A DNA stretch of 62,292 nt, filler included, from 13 parts of 13 records of this genome joined end to end with filler, not necessarily neighbours in it, one strand, 5' to 3'; shown: positions 22,733 through 35,098, counted from the first letter of the whole stretch. Made by a program: numbers and translations. The notes: generated by a model from the sequence alone, not told the origin.

Positions 22733-24673
22733 ATGTCGGGGGCTGCTGTCTGCCGCGTGGCGGCGCTGTGGGGCGTGCTGGGCACAGCACTGGCGGCCGG
22801 GATGCCAAACGGCACCGGGAATACAGTGATGTTTGCGCCGTACACGCTGTGCGCGCATGTGCCCAGCTCCTTCCCGCGCGTTGTTGTCTGGCGTGCGCCA
22901 GTGTGACTGGCTGTGCCCCGCTGTGCTCGGTGACGCTGCCGCTGCTTCTGATGCCTGGGCGCTGTGCAGGGTGCCGACCTCCATCGTGCCGGAGTCGTTC
23001 CTGTCCTTCAACTTCGACTGGAACCTCAACGGCACGAAGAACGACGCCTGGACTGACGCGTCGTTTGGCTGGACTCTGGACCTCCAGAATCCGAAGCTGC
23101 GCGCACTGGCAAAGGCGCTCTCTCCTGCCAACCTGCGCATTGGTGGCAGCGACGCTGATTCTGCCGTTTACAACCAAGAGTTCCCGGGCGGCATCGAGTG
23201 CCCACCCGAGGTAGTGACAAAGAAGGTGTGCCTCACGCCGGCCCGGTGGGACGAGACCATCGCGTTCGCGGACGCCACTGGCCTGCGCATTGCCTTCACG
23301 CTCAACATGATGGCAGGCCGCTGCGGCAAACCCAGCTGCGGTCATACGGGCACTGGGCCCTGGGACCCGAGCAACGCCCGGGCGCTGCTGAACTACACCG
23401 CCAAGAAGTACTCAGACTTTTCGCAGCACGGGTTCGAACTCGGTAATGAGCTCGAGTTCAATCTCAGCCCTGAGCAGACCGCCAATGCTCTGAGCACGCT
23501 GCGCCAGATGGTAAACGAATTCTGGCCCATCGCGGAGAAGCGCCCACGTGTCATCGGCCCCGATCTCAACCCGCGTCCCGACTGGCTGCACCAGATGCTG
23601 TCCCATCTGAACCCGGGTGATCTCGATGCGATCACCTACCACATGTATCCTGGCTTCGGGCGCAGCACCGACCTGCCATCGTTGATTGTCCAGCCGGGTT
23701 GGCTGGACTTCACTCACCAAATCATGAGCGCCACGCAGCGCGCAGTCGATAGCACACCCGCAGGAAAGAGCGCAGAGCTTTGGATCGGCGAGACTGCAGC
23801 CGCATGGGCGTCAGGCACCGCTGGAGTATGCAATGGGTTCATTTCTGGGTTCTGGTGGCTCGACCAGCTCGCACAGGCGGCATCCACTGGCCATGGGGCG
23901 ATGTGTCGACAATGTCTGGTAGGAGGCAACTACACGCTCATCGATCAGCTGGAGGGACACAAGCCGAACCCGGACTATTGGGCAGCGTGGCTCTGGCGCC
24001 GTGAGAACCTAGGCCAGCCGCAGCTAGTCACACACCCCGGTCCCCAGCCTCACTTGAGGAGCTCATAGAGTTGATCGGCGATCCCGCATTTCAATTGCCT
24101 CCTGGAACGAGCGTGCCAGAAGTGATCTAACTGCTTGAGTGTGTGGCCACTGCGATCGCAGAGTTGATGGGACAGAGGATGATTGCATTGACACAAGTCA
24201 TGCCGTATGAGGGTGACTTCAAGCCCGGCACGCGCGGCTACATGTCGTGCACGCCAAAGACAGCTCCTGGCTACAAGGACGGCAGTGTTACGCTGCTCTA
24301 CATCAACACGAACCCAACTAACTCTTCGATCCTCATGTATCAGCAGTCGCGCGTCAACGTGGAGCAGCAACAGCGGAGCCACGCTGGCATGGGCGTGGAA
24401 GCGGACCCGTGGGGCCCGACCCCACCTCCGTTCCCACTACTTCCTCGGATGGAGTACGTCATGACACCCGAAGATGCGAAGCTTGGTGTTCTCTCACGCG
24501 ATGTTAAGCTCAACGGCAAAACTCTCGCTCTCGCCGAGGGTGCAGACCTGCTGCCCCCCATCGCGAGCCTCGGAGCTGCTGGCTCCGAGGGCAACTTCGT
24601 TGTGCCAGGGGAGTCTTACGGCTTCGCTGTCTATCCAGAGGCTGCCGCGCCTGCGTGCATTAGTACCAAGTGA
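22733..24673 (+). CDS. Heparanase-like glycoside hydrolase family 79 (beta-glucuronidase); introns 22849-22969 and 24001-24161
   Basis: Signal peptide; LSPANLRIGGSDAD, acid/base FELGNE, IGPD, nucleophile WIGET, FWWLDQL, RQCLVGGNY, PNPDYW. Splicing gives LWRQLMG. Confidence 0.92.
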
Positions 24674-25227
24674 ACCGATGCAATGTGAATTGGCGTCTTG
24701 GCGTCTTGGCGTCGCGAGATATGAAGTGGTACAACGAGGCATTGTTCTGTGTCACTATGCCACCGTGCTATCACATGCGTGCACCTAGTCCCACTCCACC
24801 ATAGCTAGAATCCTAGCCGCGCCCGCTAGCAGCCCATTGTGCAGCTACACTGGCGTCGGTCTTCGAGACTGGCCAGTGGTGGCGGTGCGTCAGCTGCCTC
24901 AGACTCTTCAACCTCATGTTCCTGCTGTGGGTGCCACCACCGCCATTGTCGTCGCTGGCGAGGCGACCTCGTCCACTGCCTGCGTAATCAGACCATCGGC
25001 CAGCCGAGTCGCAGTTGAGTCGATTCCTCGTCGACCCTTTTTTGAAACGAGTCCCATACAGTGGATTCTTGTGGGCCGGAAAGTCTCCAATTCAGGACTC
25101 TGATTCAGATTGCTTGTCTCACAGCTGCAGCCGGTGCCACCGGCGTGCATATACTAACGTCTAGTACTAGTAGTAGGAAATATGAATACAGATTTTGGGT
25201 AAAGAAAGACCAGCAGCCGCACATTAC

Positions 25228-25255
25228 TATTTCTCAGTGGGATCTCAATACTCGC
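25228..25255. repeat. Dispersed repeat motif A, copy 1 (TATTTCTCAGTGGGATCT..ATACT.GC)
   Basis: 18-bp exact match plus similar extension at 27805-27832 on another contig. Confidence 0.7.
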
Positions 25256-25717
25256 GGCGGACCGGCGCGATGATTTTTGACCGGTGGCGAGGCTTTCCAG
25301 CCCGTGAGAATCCACTGTAGCGGGACAACTGGATGAATGGTCTATTGGTGAATTCCAAGCGAGGAGATTTCGCGAGAGATCACTTTCCACGCAAGACAAC
25401 GGAAGTCCTAGCCAGGCACGACGCTTTCAGCGAAGTCGGCGAAGATGCACGACTAAAAGACACTGCACTAATGCAGGAACTTTGGAAGAGCTCTGGCATA
25501 AATCGAAAATACGACATCGGGTCTCCGGACCACGCTTACCGACAACACGGACAGAAGCAAAAATCAATTGTGATGTTCCACGAACGCAGCGCCGTGCTCC
25601 TTGCTTGCACACGTGTAAGGTGTATAGACTAACTGCTAACCGTGCAAAATTGCGATACCCTACCCCTATTATGCCCGGCCATTGGCGAGCATTATGCCTG
25701 GCTGGACGTGGCGTGAT

Positions 25718-25743
25718 ACCGAGCATAAGGCCTTATGCTCGGT
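25718..25743. repeat. Perfect 26-bp palindrome ACCGAGCATAAGGCCTTATGCTCGGT
   Basis: Direct reading; further flanked by GTGGC..GCCAC. Confidence 0.9.
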
Positions 25744-25986
25744 GCCACTTCCAGCTGCTGACACTCGCACAGTCTATCACGATCTGTGTCGACTTTGCCC
25801 CACAGACCACAGTATCATACTGATACAAGAATATACAGAAATTTGCGTACAGCGATACCCGGAGCGTTTGCAAGCGGCGGGTGGGGCGACTCCGAGAGTC
25901 CGTCGCTCGGAGAGGCTCGCGCCCAAGTGCGTGCGACAGATCGAAAGCCTTCCCACAGTCCGTCACACACTGGGGCTGCAGCAGCG

Positions 25987-27467
25987 ATGGCGGGCGATAG
26001 CGGCGCGGCGAGCATGAGCGTGGCTGTGGGAGGGCTGCGGCCTTCGCAGGTGGCTGCAGTGGTGCGGCTGCTGGATGACGGCGCGACGGTGCCCTTCATC
26101 ACACGCTACCGCGCTGCGAACACTGGCGGACTGGACGAGGACCAGGTGCGCGTTCGCTGGCAGACACAGCAGCGTTTTTCGTGCAGATGGCGTGCCTGGA
26201 ACTCTCACATCGCAACGCGAGGAACAGGTGCGGCGCGTGCGCGACGCGGTTGAGGGGCAGCGAGAGCTGGAGCGCGCGAAGGCGAAGGCGTTTGCTGTGG
26301 TGGATGAGCGGGCACCACCCGAGTCGCGTGTGCAGCTGCGCCGAGCCATTCGCGCGGCGAGCGACAAAGACGCACTAAAAGACATTCTCGCGCCGTTTGG
26401 CGGCGGCGGGAAGAAAACCTTGGCCGAAGCGGCCCGGACGGATGGGCTGGAGCCTTTGGCACTGGAGGTGTGGTCTGGACGGCCGACAGACGACGAGCTC
26501 CGGCGGCTGGTCAGCGCGGCGTGCAGTCGCGGCCCGCGCAGGGCGTCGCAGCAGGTGTTGGAGGGCGTGGCACATCTACTGGCGGAGATGACGGTGACGG
26601 CTGCCAGCGAAACCGATGGCACTGCCGATGCTCAGCGTAGCTCCATGCGGTCTCGATGGACTGAGCGGGTCTGGCAGACGGGCTTTCTGCACACGACCGC
26701 TTCTAGAGCCGCGGCAGCAGCGGGCAAATCGAAACGTAAAGCGGGGTCCAAGGCGAAGACTGGAAGTGGCAGTAGCTCTGCTGATGCCAAGCTTGTGGAG
26801 CAACGCATGGCGGCTGGCCGCTATGCTAAGTACACTGGTGGGTGGAGCTGCCCTGTGCGCAACGTCGCTCCCCATGTCACACTCGCTGTAAATCGTGGGG
26901 AGAGTGAGAAAGTTTTGAGCGTGAGCTGCCAGCTGCCGCAACACGTCAGCGCGGACATAGAGCGCGGCATGGTTGCCATTGCTACCACTCGGCTGCAGCG
27001 CCATGGCGCTGGCGCAAGCAGGTCCACAGTCTCCCGGTGCTTGCAGGAGGCTGCACGCGATGGCTTTACTCGATTGCTTCTGCCGTCGCTGTACAGAGCG
27101 GCTCGACGCAAGCTGTCCGATCTGGGAGCGGCGGCAGCAGCGGCATCATTCGGGCGCTCCTTGCGTGGGCTACTCCTGGCGCCACCATACAGAGAACGTG
27201 TCGTCCTGGGCCTGGATCCTGGCTATAGGCACGGCTGCAAATGGGCCGTGGTTGCTGCAGACGGTCAGCTGCAGGAGAGTGGTGTGATATATCCTAATCC
27301 CCCACAGAGGGAGACTGAAGCGAGCGCTCAGACATTGCTGCAGCTTGGCATGAAATTCCAAGTGCGGTCCTTCGCTGTCGGGAATGGACAAGGAAACCGA
27401 GAGTTGTGCCAATTTTTGGCGCAGTGTGTGCTCCCCACGTTGCAGCAGCAGCAGCAGCAGCAGCAGC
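25987..27467 (+). CDS. Tex/YhgF-like RNA-binding protein (SRBD1 homologue), 3' truncated; intron 26146-26227
   Basis: LLDDGATVPFITRYR..TGGLDEDQVR, TLAEAARTDGLEPLA, HVTLAVNRGESEKVL, YqgF/RNase H-like VLGLDPGYRHGCKWAVV, AVGNGQG. Ends in (CAG)n. Confidence 0.9.
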
Positions 27468-27567
27468 NNNNNNNNNNNNNNNNNNNNNNNNNNNNNNNNN
27501 NNNNNNNNNNNTTAATTAATTAANNNNNNNNNNNNNNNNNNNNNNNNNNNNNNNNNNNNNNNNNNNN
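27468..27567. other. Artificial contig spacer
   Basis: N44-TTAATTAATTAA-N44. Confidence 0.99.
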
Positions 27568-27804
27568 GGAGTGTGCTGCATTTATCAGTGAGTTCTACTA
27601 TGACGGTGCCCCCTGGGCAGGGTGATCCAGCTCCCGACGCGCGACGGAGCTCGTCGGCGACTCTCGAGATTTCCAACGCCACCTCGCGCTCCTGAGCCCT
27701 CCGCCGGGCGGATTCAATCCACGGCGGAGCCACAACAACAATAATTTAAGTAGTAATACGCGCAAAAAAAACAGCGACTCCAGCTGACCCCGAGCAGTGC
27801 ACTG

Positions 27805-27832
27805 TATTTCTCAGTGGGATCTTCATACTAGC
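27805..27832. repeat. Dispersed repeat motif A, copy 2
   Basis: Matches 25228-25255. Confidence 0.7.
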
Positions 27833-27837
27833 CCCGA

Positions 27838-27957
27838 GCCGCCGAGCCGAACAGTGGACGCCCCGTTTTCTTCACCCATACACGATACAGGCGGTGTGCC
27901 GCCGAGCCGAACAGTGGTCGCCCCGTTTTCTTCACCCATACACGACACAGGCGGTGT
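27838..27957. repeat. 60-bp tandem duplication (2 copies, 2 mismatches)
   Basis: GCCGCCGAGCCGAACAGTGGWCGCCCCGTTTTCTTCACCCATACACGAYACAGGCGGTGT x2, directly after motif A. Confidence 0.93.
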
Positions 27958-28002
27958 GGGCGATGGCGCCGCATTTGCCACAAACACGGTAGAGGGCGCC
28001 CG

Positions 28003-31000
28003 ATGCCGACGCCGATCCCGTCGGGCCAGCGCGTGTCGCCTTTCGGGAAAGGGAATCGGCGCCGTGCAGCGCCAGAGGCGGTGCGTACCTCGACCCGCAG
28101 CGACGGGGCTGCGGCGTGTCTCTCCCCGGAACGAACGGCTGCTTCTCCGTCGGGGGCGCAGGCTGAAGGCCACAGGCGGTACGAAAGAGGGCATGGTGAG
28201 CAGGTGGCGCGGGGCGAGGGAGCGCGATCTCCGCGCGCCGCGCGGTCGCCCGGCCGAGACTTGCACGCCAGTGACGAGATGTCGCGTGTGCTATCGCCAG
28301 AAGCACCGCGCCCGTCCTCCCCGACGAACTCCCCGCGCAGCAGCCCGGTTCATCACCGCTACGAAAGGGGTCACTACGATGGTCTTGCGTCGAGCGCGGA
28401 ATGCCCCGAGCCTGCAGTTGGAGACCGCGTCGCTGGCGGCTCCAGCTCGAATCACCACGTCTTAACTCGCTTCCACAACGGAGAAGCGGGGGGCGACCGG
28501 CTGCACCATGTAGCCGAGGTCCAGCATGCTACGAAGACAGAGGACGGCACATTTCGCCAGGAGAAGGCGACCCGGAGCCCTGGGCGAAGGAGGCTCAGCC
28601 CGTCGCCCAGCCCAGCCGACCAGGACTGGGCGCCCGCAGCAGTTGGAGCGAAGGTCGCGGAGACGGCGGACGGATGGGCAGCGTACCGAGAACCTCGACC
28701 CGGCGGCGGTGTCGAGGTAAGTTGGCGGCGCATTGCGAACCCTGACGACACTGCATTCAGCACAAGCCACACCAAGCTGTCCCTAGCGGAGGTGGTAAGC
28801 GGAACAGGCGATGGGTGCATTAGCTCGTTCAACGTCGGTGCGCCTAAGTGGGTACAGGAAGGAAAGGGTGACCCCGCGCGACTCAAGCGACTGCAGATGT
28901 CTTCTTTCAGCAAGCATCGTATAGACGAAGCACCCGAGCAGGATTCCAGTAGTCCTCGCAGTGTATTTGCGCGTCGTCGAGCGGCCGCAAAAGAGCTTGA
29001 GTACGACGACTGGCACCGATTACAGAGTCGACAGACAAAGGCAGCGGTACGAGGGCCACCGCCTACACCACAGCAGTGGCTGCAGCACAAGATCCAAGAA
29101 GCAAAGACCATCCCAGCCGTTGCTTCGATTCTTGAACCCAGGGAACTGGAGGAGTTCATGCACCAGATGGCGGAGTCAACCATTGATGAGCTAGAAGTCC
29201 ACAACCACGAATTCTCGGATAAAATTCGTCGCGGCAACGGTGTGCCGCAAGAGCTAAACGCGTGGAAATTTCTGCAAACCTTTGCGCAGGGCTGCATTCA
29301 GCGTGAGGTGGCCAAGCTGGATGTCATCGCGCGCGCAAAGACAGGATCAGTGCCGCAGACACCTCAGACGCCGCTGGCATCACAGTTCAAGAACCTCGAC
29401 AGCCCCACAGCCCTCGCGATCGGCAGTATTGATGCCGCATATGCTCTGCAGACACCAGAGCAGCAGTACGACGTGGCTACCCCGGTGGCAGAGGACGCGG
29501 GTCGCAACGCGTCGACAGTCGCCGAATCGTCGTCAGCTCCGACTAGTGAGCGGGTCGAGATAGCTGATGTCCCAGATAAGGCTGCACGAAAGGAAATGTT
29601 TACACGTATGGATGTTCGTAGGACCGGCAAGCTGACTCTTGATGAGATTCGACACGGCATCGAGCAGTCCTACCCACATTTGAATCATCGACCTGCGCTG
29701 ATGCGCGCGTACAGAGCAGCAGAGGTGAACGGGGACGGCCTCATTGGTCGGCGCGAGTTTCGGCTCCTGCTGGAGTATCTGGTGTTTTTTTGCCAGGCCT
29801 GGCAGGATTTCGAACAGTTCGATTATGATGACAAGCACACGCTGAGCAAGAGCGACTTCATCGCATGTTGTGAACAACTTGGTTTGCTCTCTACAGTAGA
29901 GGCTGGCGAAGAGTTTCATGTGGTTGACAAAGACGACAGCGGTTACGTGTCGTTTGAAGAGTTCTGTTGTTGGGCAGGCATAAACAAGATCGGTACGACA
30001 AAGCAGCTGTGGCCGAAATACCGAATAGACATGGCCGAAATACCGAACAGACATGCCCGTGTAGTGTCTCCTGACAAGGGTGGGCGCCTCAGCAAGCCGA
30101 ATCGAGTTTGGCTCCAAAACAAATGGCAAGATAGTCCAAAAGACATCTTGCCGCAGACATTGGCGATGGTGGGTATGGATCGAGCGCCTGACCCTCTGAC
30201 ATCCCCCCCGCGTTCAGCACGACTGTCTTCACCTGTGCGAGCTTCGCAGCAAAGAGCAGCGACAGACTCAACGGGAACTTCCTTGACATCTCCAGAGCGG
30301 CATAAGCCATCACACCAGCTGACCTCTCCTCAGAGGCGCACGCTACGAAATCGCGAGTCTGCACGCCAGGACCCTGGCAGCGGCGATGATGCAGCAGGAG
30401 CAGATGCATCGCTTGCGGTATCGTTGACAGGAGTGTGGCGTGCGATTGGCGAGCGCCGCGACGGTACTAAAGTGCACCAAGCGATTTACATTCGGCATGA
30501 GCAGGATGGTCGGGTTACCGGTGGGCATGTTGACGGCGTCAACGGATTCTTCGTAATCAAGGACGGCACGGTTGACGGCTCCACGGTCTGGTTCCGCCAG
30601 GAGTACTCCAATGGCAACCGCGTGGTGTGGGAGGCGACGATCGAGCAAACATACAGGACCAGTGGGATCATGGTGCCAAAGCTCGTTGATGGAACATGGA
30701 AAGGTAGCAATCTGCAAGGCTCATTCAGCGCGAGCTTGGAAACAATGCGATTAAAAAACCCTGAGGCCACTGGCAGTGTGGCCACTACGACACGAAGGAA
30801 GGGAAAGACGGCTGCATCGTCGGCTGGAACAGCATCCTCTACGAAGCAACCGGCCCCGCAGGTGCACCCGGCGCCTAGTCATCCCGAGGTAGACCAGGTC
30901 GGTGTTGGTGCTGAAGCTGTACCGGAAACGCCAGCGCAATCGACGTTGTTCCTTTCATCACCGACGTCGTCATCGACCCACCACGAAATTAAGGTTGGAC

Positions 31001-31525
31001 GACTGCACCACCACATTCTTACTGGGATCTGGGTTGCTGACGATACATACGGGACGCAACAATCAGAGAAGTTTGTACTCGTCCATGATACGAGATCTGG
31101 CGAAATACACGGGCATAGCATGCAGGAAGACGGCGACGATTCGTTTGTCATTGAGGGTGTACTTGAAGGCCGGTCGATAAAATTTGTTCAAAAGTTCCAT
31201 GACGGAATTGAAACGCTTTGGTGCGTGCTGACCGTCTTGCTTTCAAAATCCATTATGGTACAAGCAGTGTTGACCTCTGAATGTGTTCGATTGTGTCCGT
31301 ATGTGTGCACGCGTATCCAGGGCGGCAACGGTTGAAATCACCGGGAAAGTGCCTAAGTTGGTGGAAGGCACGTGGCGAACTCAGGAGGACGGCCAAGACG
31401 GCGAGATAGCGGGAACGTTTACCGCTCGACTAATTGCACAAGATATCGCACTTTACAACGCGAAATCCTTGCTCCCCGATGGCCTTCAGCCTCTCCCAGA
31501 GCCGGAGCCAGAGCCAGAGCCAGAG
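28003..31525 (+). CDS. EF-hand protein (flagellar calcium-binding/calflagin-like block) with two C-terminal beta-rich repeats; intron 31221-31320; 3' truncated
   Basis: RKEMFTRMDVRRTGKLTLDEI..HRPALMRAYRAAEVNGDGLIGRREFRLLLEYLVFF..VDKDDSGYVSFEEFCCW; two LTGxW..PKLVxGTW repeats; Ser-Pro-rich linkers; ends in PEPEPE. Confidence 0.85.
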
Positions 31526-31625
31526 NNNNNNNNNNNNNNNNNNNNNNNNNNNNNNNNNNNNNNNNNNNNTTAATTAATTAANNNNNNNNNNNNNNNNNNN
31601 NNNNNNNNNNNNNNNNNNNNNNNNN
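31526..31625. other. Artificial contig spacer
   Basis: N44-TTAATTAATTAA-N44. Confidence 0.99.
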
Positions 31626-31865
31626 TCTGAGGCCGGGGTGAGAAGTCACTGGGTGTAGAGTATACCGGGTCCGGCGATCGGTGAATCTCGGCACGCGTGT
31701 CAAGTTGCGTTACGTGTTGTTAGATCTAGAGGATCCTACCTCGACTACCCGGCCCGCGGACGGACCCGCCCCGCCGCCCGCCGCCGCGGCCCGGGCGGGA
31801 TGACCGGCGGCCGCGCGGCGCGGCGCCGGCGGCGGCGCGAGACGGGCTTTCGACGTGCTCGATAG

Positions 31866-33727
31866 ATGGTTAAGCTGTTGCTTGCTTCGGGGCTCGTGCT
31901 CACGCTGCTCGCAGCACCAGGGGCGTCCGGCGCTCGCGCTGGCACCGTGGATCCGGCGGGCGAGCTGCAGACCCAGATAGACCAGGCAATCCATGACGGC
32001 GTGCCGGCGCTGGCTGTAGCCCCAGGTGACTACCGCTTCGGCAACCGAACGCTACTGATTCAAGATGCGACGAATTTCGCCCTCGTCGCGTCTGGCCCCG
32101 TGACTTTCTGGTTCTCAGGCTCAGATGGTGGGTTCATGATTCGCCGCTGCACTAATGTGACGGTTCGTGGAGCCAGCCCATCGACGCCACTCCGCGTCGA
32201 CCGCTCGCCACCGCCGTTTTCGCAGGGCACGATCACCCAGGTCGGGCTGCCAAAGGGACGCATGGCGTTCACCTTGGACGGTGACTCCCCTGACCCACGT
32301 ACGCTGCAGCCTGAAGGCCGCCGATTCGCCTACACCCAGGTTTGCAAGACCTGGCGGAATGGCTCGCGGGCTCCAGACGGGCGACCGGACTCGCGTGGCC
32401 TGCCGGATCGTGGGGCTGTCGCAAAGGGGAACCTGAGGGCGTGCTTCGACCCAACACAGATTACACAGGTCGGACCGGGTAAATATGAAGCGACGAATCG
32501 TGGTGCTGGGGTCGGTGATCAGTTTGTGATGTTCGTTTGGAAGGGATTCATGTACACTGTGGCCAACAGCAGCGCAGTGCTGACTGAAGACGTGGCGATC
32601 CATGCCGCTGGTGACATGGCGGTGCAGGAGATGGATGGGGCCGGTGCGCATGTATACAGGCGGCTCCAGATTGTGCCGAGAAACGGGCGGCTGATCTCTT
32701 CAAACGCGGATGCATTTCACAGCTCGGACCTCGACCACGGCCCACTACTAGAGGACTGCCACTTCAAATCGATGTTGGACGACTTCATCAACATCCAGAC
32801 TACTTTGCTCTTCGTCATGGACGTCAACGCTACGCGCGTCACACTTATCTCGCCACATGTGTCCGACCAAGAAACCGACTACGACACACAGGCACGCCCC
32901 GTAGTGGACAGGTGGTACGGAACGACAGAGCCCCTCAGTCGTTTGCGCGCTGGGGACCGTTTGATCTTCTACGACCCTGTGGATTTCCACGAGATGGGAC
33001 GTGTGACAGCAAAGTCTGCCGCCACGCTGCTCGCTGCTGCAGATCAGCAGGGGCTTTCTATTGCTGAGCGCGCGAACGCGTTGCGATCCGCGATTGCTGG
33101 TCCGAGCCATGGTACTGCGGGCCACATGGGCCATTGCACAGACAAATCACCAAAGCCCTGTGTTCCCTACGACTGGTCTTCGCTGTCCGGGTCCGGCTTG
33201 ACTTCACAGCCGATTGGCGGCTGGAACTCGTCGGTCTACTCTGTGGAGCTAGATACCATCCCCCCACCACAAGCCCGTCCGGGTGCGATGAGCGCTATAC
33301 CATATGTTGTAGTACTAGAGAAGACGCGCACGGTGGGTGCGCTGGTGCGCAACTCGCTGTTTGAGGACTCACTGGGCTTTTTCGGCCGCTGGAAGTCCTC
33401 TAATTCGCGGCTCGAAAACAACACATTTCGCGGAGTTGGCAATCCACAGGTGCAACTCCAGGTAAGGCGCTGACCTTTGAACGTGGTGTGAAAAGCAACA
33501 GAGAGGAGGCTGTTGGCTTTGTATCTGACTCATTACTGTCGGTGCAGTTTCTGCCGAGCTACTACGAGGGACCAGTGGCGATTGAAAATGTCACCGTACA
33601 ACACAATTCTTTTGGCGTGGATCCAGGGAGCCAGGCGAACATAGACACCATTCTTGAGACTGGCCCGAGCTGTTGCAAGCTTAAAGGTCTCCAGCAATCG
33701 TCGAACAGCGTCGTAGGGGTTCAGTAG
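31866..33727 (+). CDS. Secreted right-handed beta-helix protein, GH110 alpha-galactosidase-like; intron 33462-33547
   Basis: Signal peptide; APGDYRF, PPFSQGTI, ISSNADAFH..LLEDCHFKSMLDDFINI, LENNTF. The GTAAGG..CAG intron restores frame. Confidence 0.75.
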
Positions 33728-33904
33728 CCGCCGATGCCATTGTAAGACACTATTCGAATACAGCTCCACCTCTGCTCATCTCCCTTCGCCCTTAGTGAGG
33801 CACGCTGCTGCGTACTGAAGCCATACTCCTTCAGGATCTCCATGCTGTGCTCTCCTCGCTAGGGTCCCACGCCTCCCTCCTCACGCTAGCGTAGGAAGGC
33901 CAAG

Positions 33905-35098
33905 TCACATAGATGGACGAAGTGCTAGGAGGAGAGTATTTTCCACCGATATCGCATGTGGTACCACCTCGCCAAGCACCTTTGCCTCAAACCCAGCACT
34001 CTCTAATGCTCGTCGCCTGCCTTCATCCATGAGTCGCTTGGCCTTAACTGCCACTCGTAGTGCGCGAGTTTCCGAAAACGCAACGCGTCGAGCTGCTGCG
34101 AGTCCGATTTCTGCGATTTCAGCGAGGGCTGGGGTGGATATTGAATTGTTGGCAGGACATTGTGCTGTGGCAACGTCGATTTGTGCTGAGTCTTCGGTAG
34201 CCCGATTCCGCCCGACGGCTGTGTCAACTGCCTGCGCTATTGCGAGCGCAGCGGCGCGCTCGGCCTGCAAGGCAGTAGCCACTGTGTCCACTGCACCAAG
34301 CACCAATGCCACTTCCGACGCAGCTGTTGTTGCAGCAGCTGCAATGCGATGCAGTATCGCTGCCAGGTTGCCCGCGGTCTTGCATATCAGCTGGAATCCA
34401 GCCTCATCAACCCCGTGGCTGGTGAAGAAGTCCTGAGTACTTCCGCAACAGCTCTTCCAATCGCAAGCACCGTAGCAACAGCCGACCATTGCAACGCCTA
34501 GCTGGCCTGGGTGGGTCTCAGCGACCGATAGCATCACACGTAGTGCTGCGTCGTACGCTGGGCCACACAGGTGCTTGGCCATACCGACCACAACATCAGC
34601 AGACCCCGCTGTACCAAGGACTGCAGGCAGATCCAGTTCTGCGATGTCGATTGTCAGCCGCTCGCACGGCTTACAGCATGAGTTGGCGTCACCAAGTCTC
34701 TCGTGACCAGCAGGACCGGCATCCCCGTATGTTCTGGCGCTGACTGCGTCACGATCAACTAAAATCTGTCGCAGTGGGACTCGTGGTCCAGCCACTGTAC
34801 GAACCTGCTCGGACAGAGTGGCGTCGACTGCAGCTCCGAATTCAACCGTCGAGAGAACCCCTTCGCTAGTTGGTTGAGGTTTGAGCAGACCTGCCGCCGC
34901 AAGGTTCAGGGCAATTGCTCGAGTCTGCAGAGAGTGTCGCGTCCAGCTGTCCCCATTGAACGCTGCGCCGTTCAAGTTGGCGTCGTCCACCTCAGCACCA
35001 GTACTTGAGCCGGCTTCAACAGTCTCATGGACCTGCGTGGTCGAGCCAAACACCCTGGACCAGAGCTTCTCTACATGTACTGCATGGATCTCATCCAT
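33905..35098 (-). CDS. tRNA:m4X methyltransferase TRM13-like protein (divergent)
   Basis: VEFGA, LVDR, RLTIDIAELDL, AKHLCGPAYD, GCCYGACDW, KRLMDEGRR..GF and ISVENTLL match the TRM13 catalytic-domain pattern. Confidence 0.75.
   Translation of the reverse strand: MDEIHAVHVEKLWSRVFGSTTQVHETVEAGSSTGAEVDDANLNGAAFNGDSWTRHSLQTRAIALNLAAAGLLKPQPTSEGVLSTVEFGAAVDATLSEQVRTVAGPRVPLRQILVDRDAVSARTYGDAGPAGHERLGDANSCCKPCERLTIDIAELDLPAVLGTAGSADVVVGMAKHLCGPAYDAALRVMLSVAETHPGQLGVAMVGCCYGACDWKSCCGSTQDFFTSHGVDEAGFQLICKTAGNLAAILHRIAAAATTAASEVALVLGAVDTVATALQAERAAALAIAQAVDTAVGRNRATEDSAQIDVATAQCPANNSISTPALAEIAEIGLAAARRVAFSETRALRVAVKAKRLMDEGRRRALESAGFEAKVLGEVVPHAISVENTLLLALRPSM

Noticed and set aside
22725-22735. AG directly before ATG (also 31864 and 358) as a sign of trans-splicing
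   Set aside because: Not shared by most start codons here and no polypyrimidine tract; cannot be supported without transcripts.
24690-25960. Gene between GH79 and Tex
   Set aside because: Only short ORFs, with no recognisable motif or consistent splice model.
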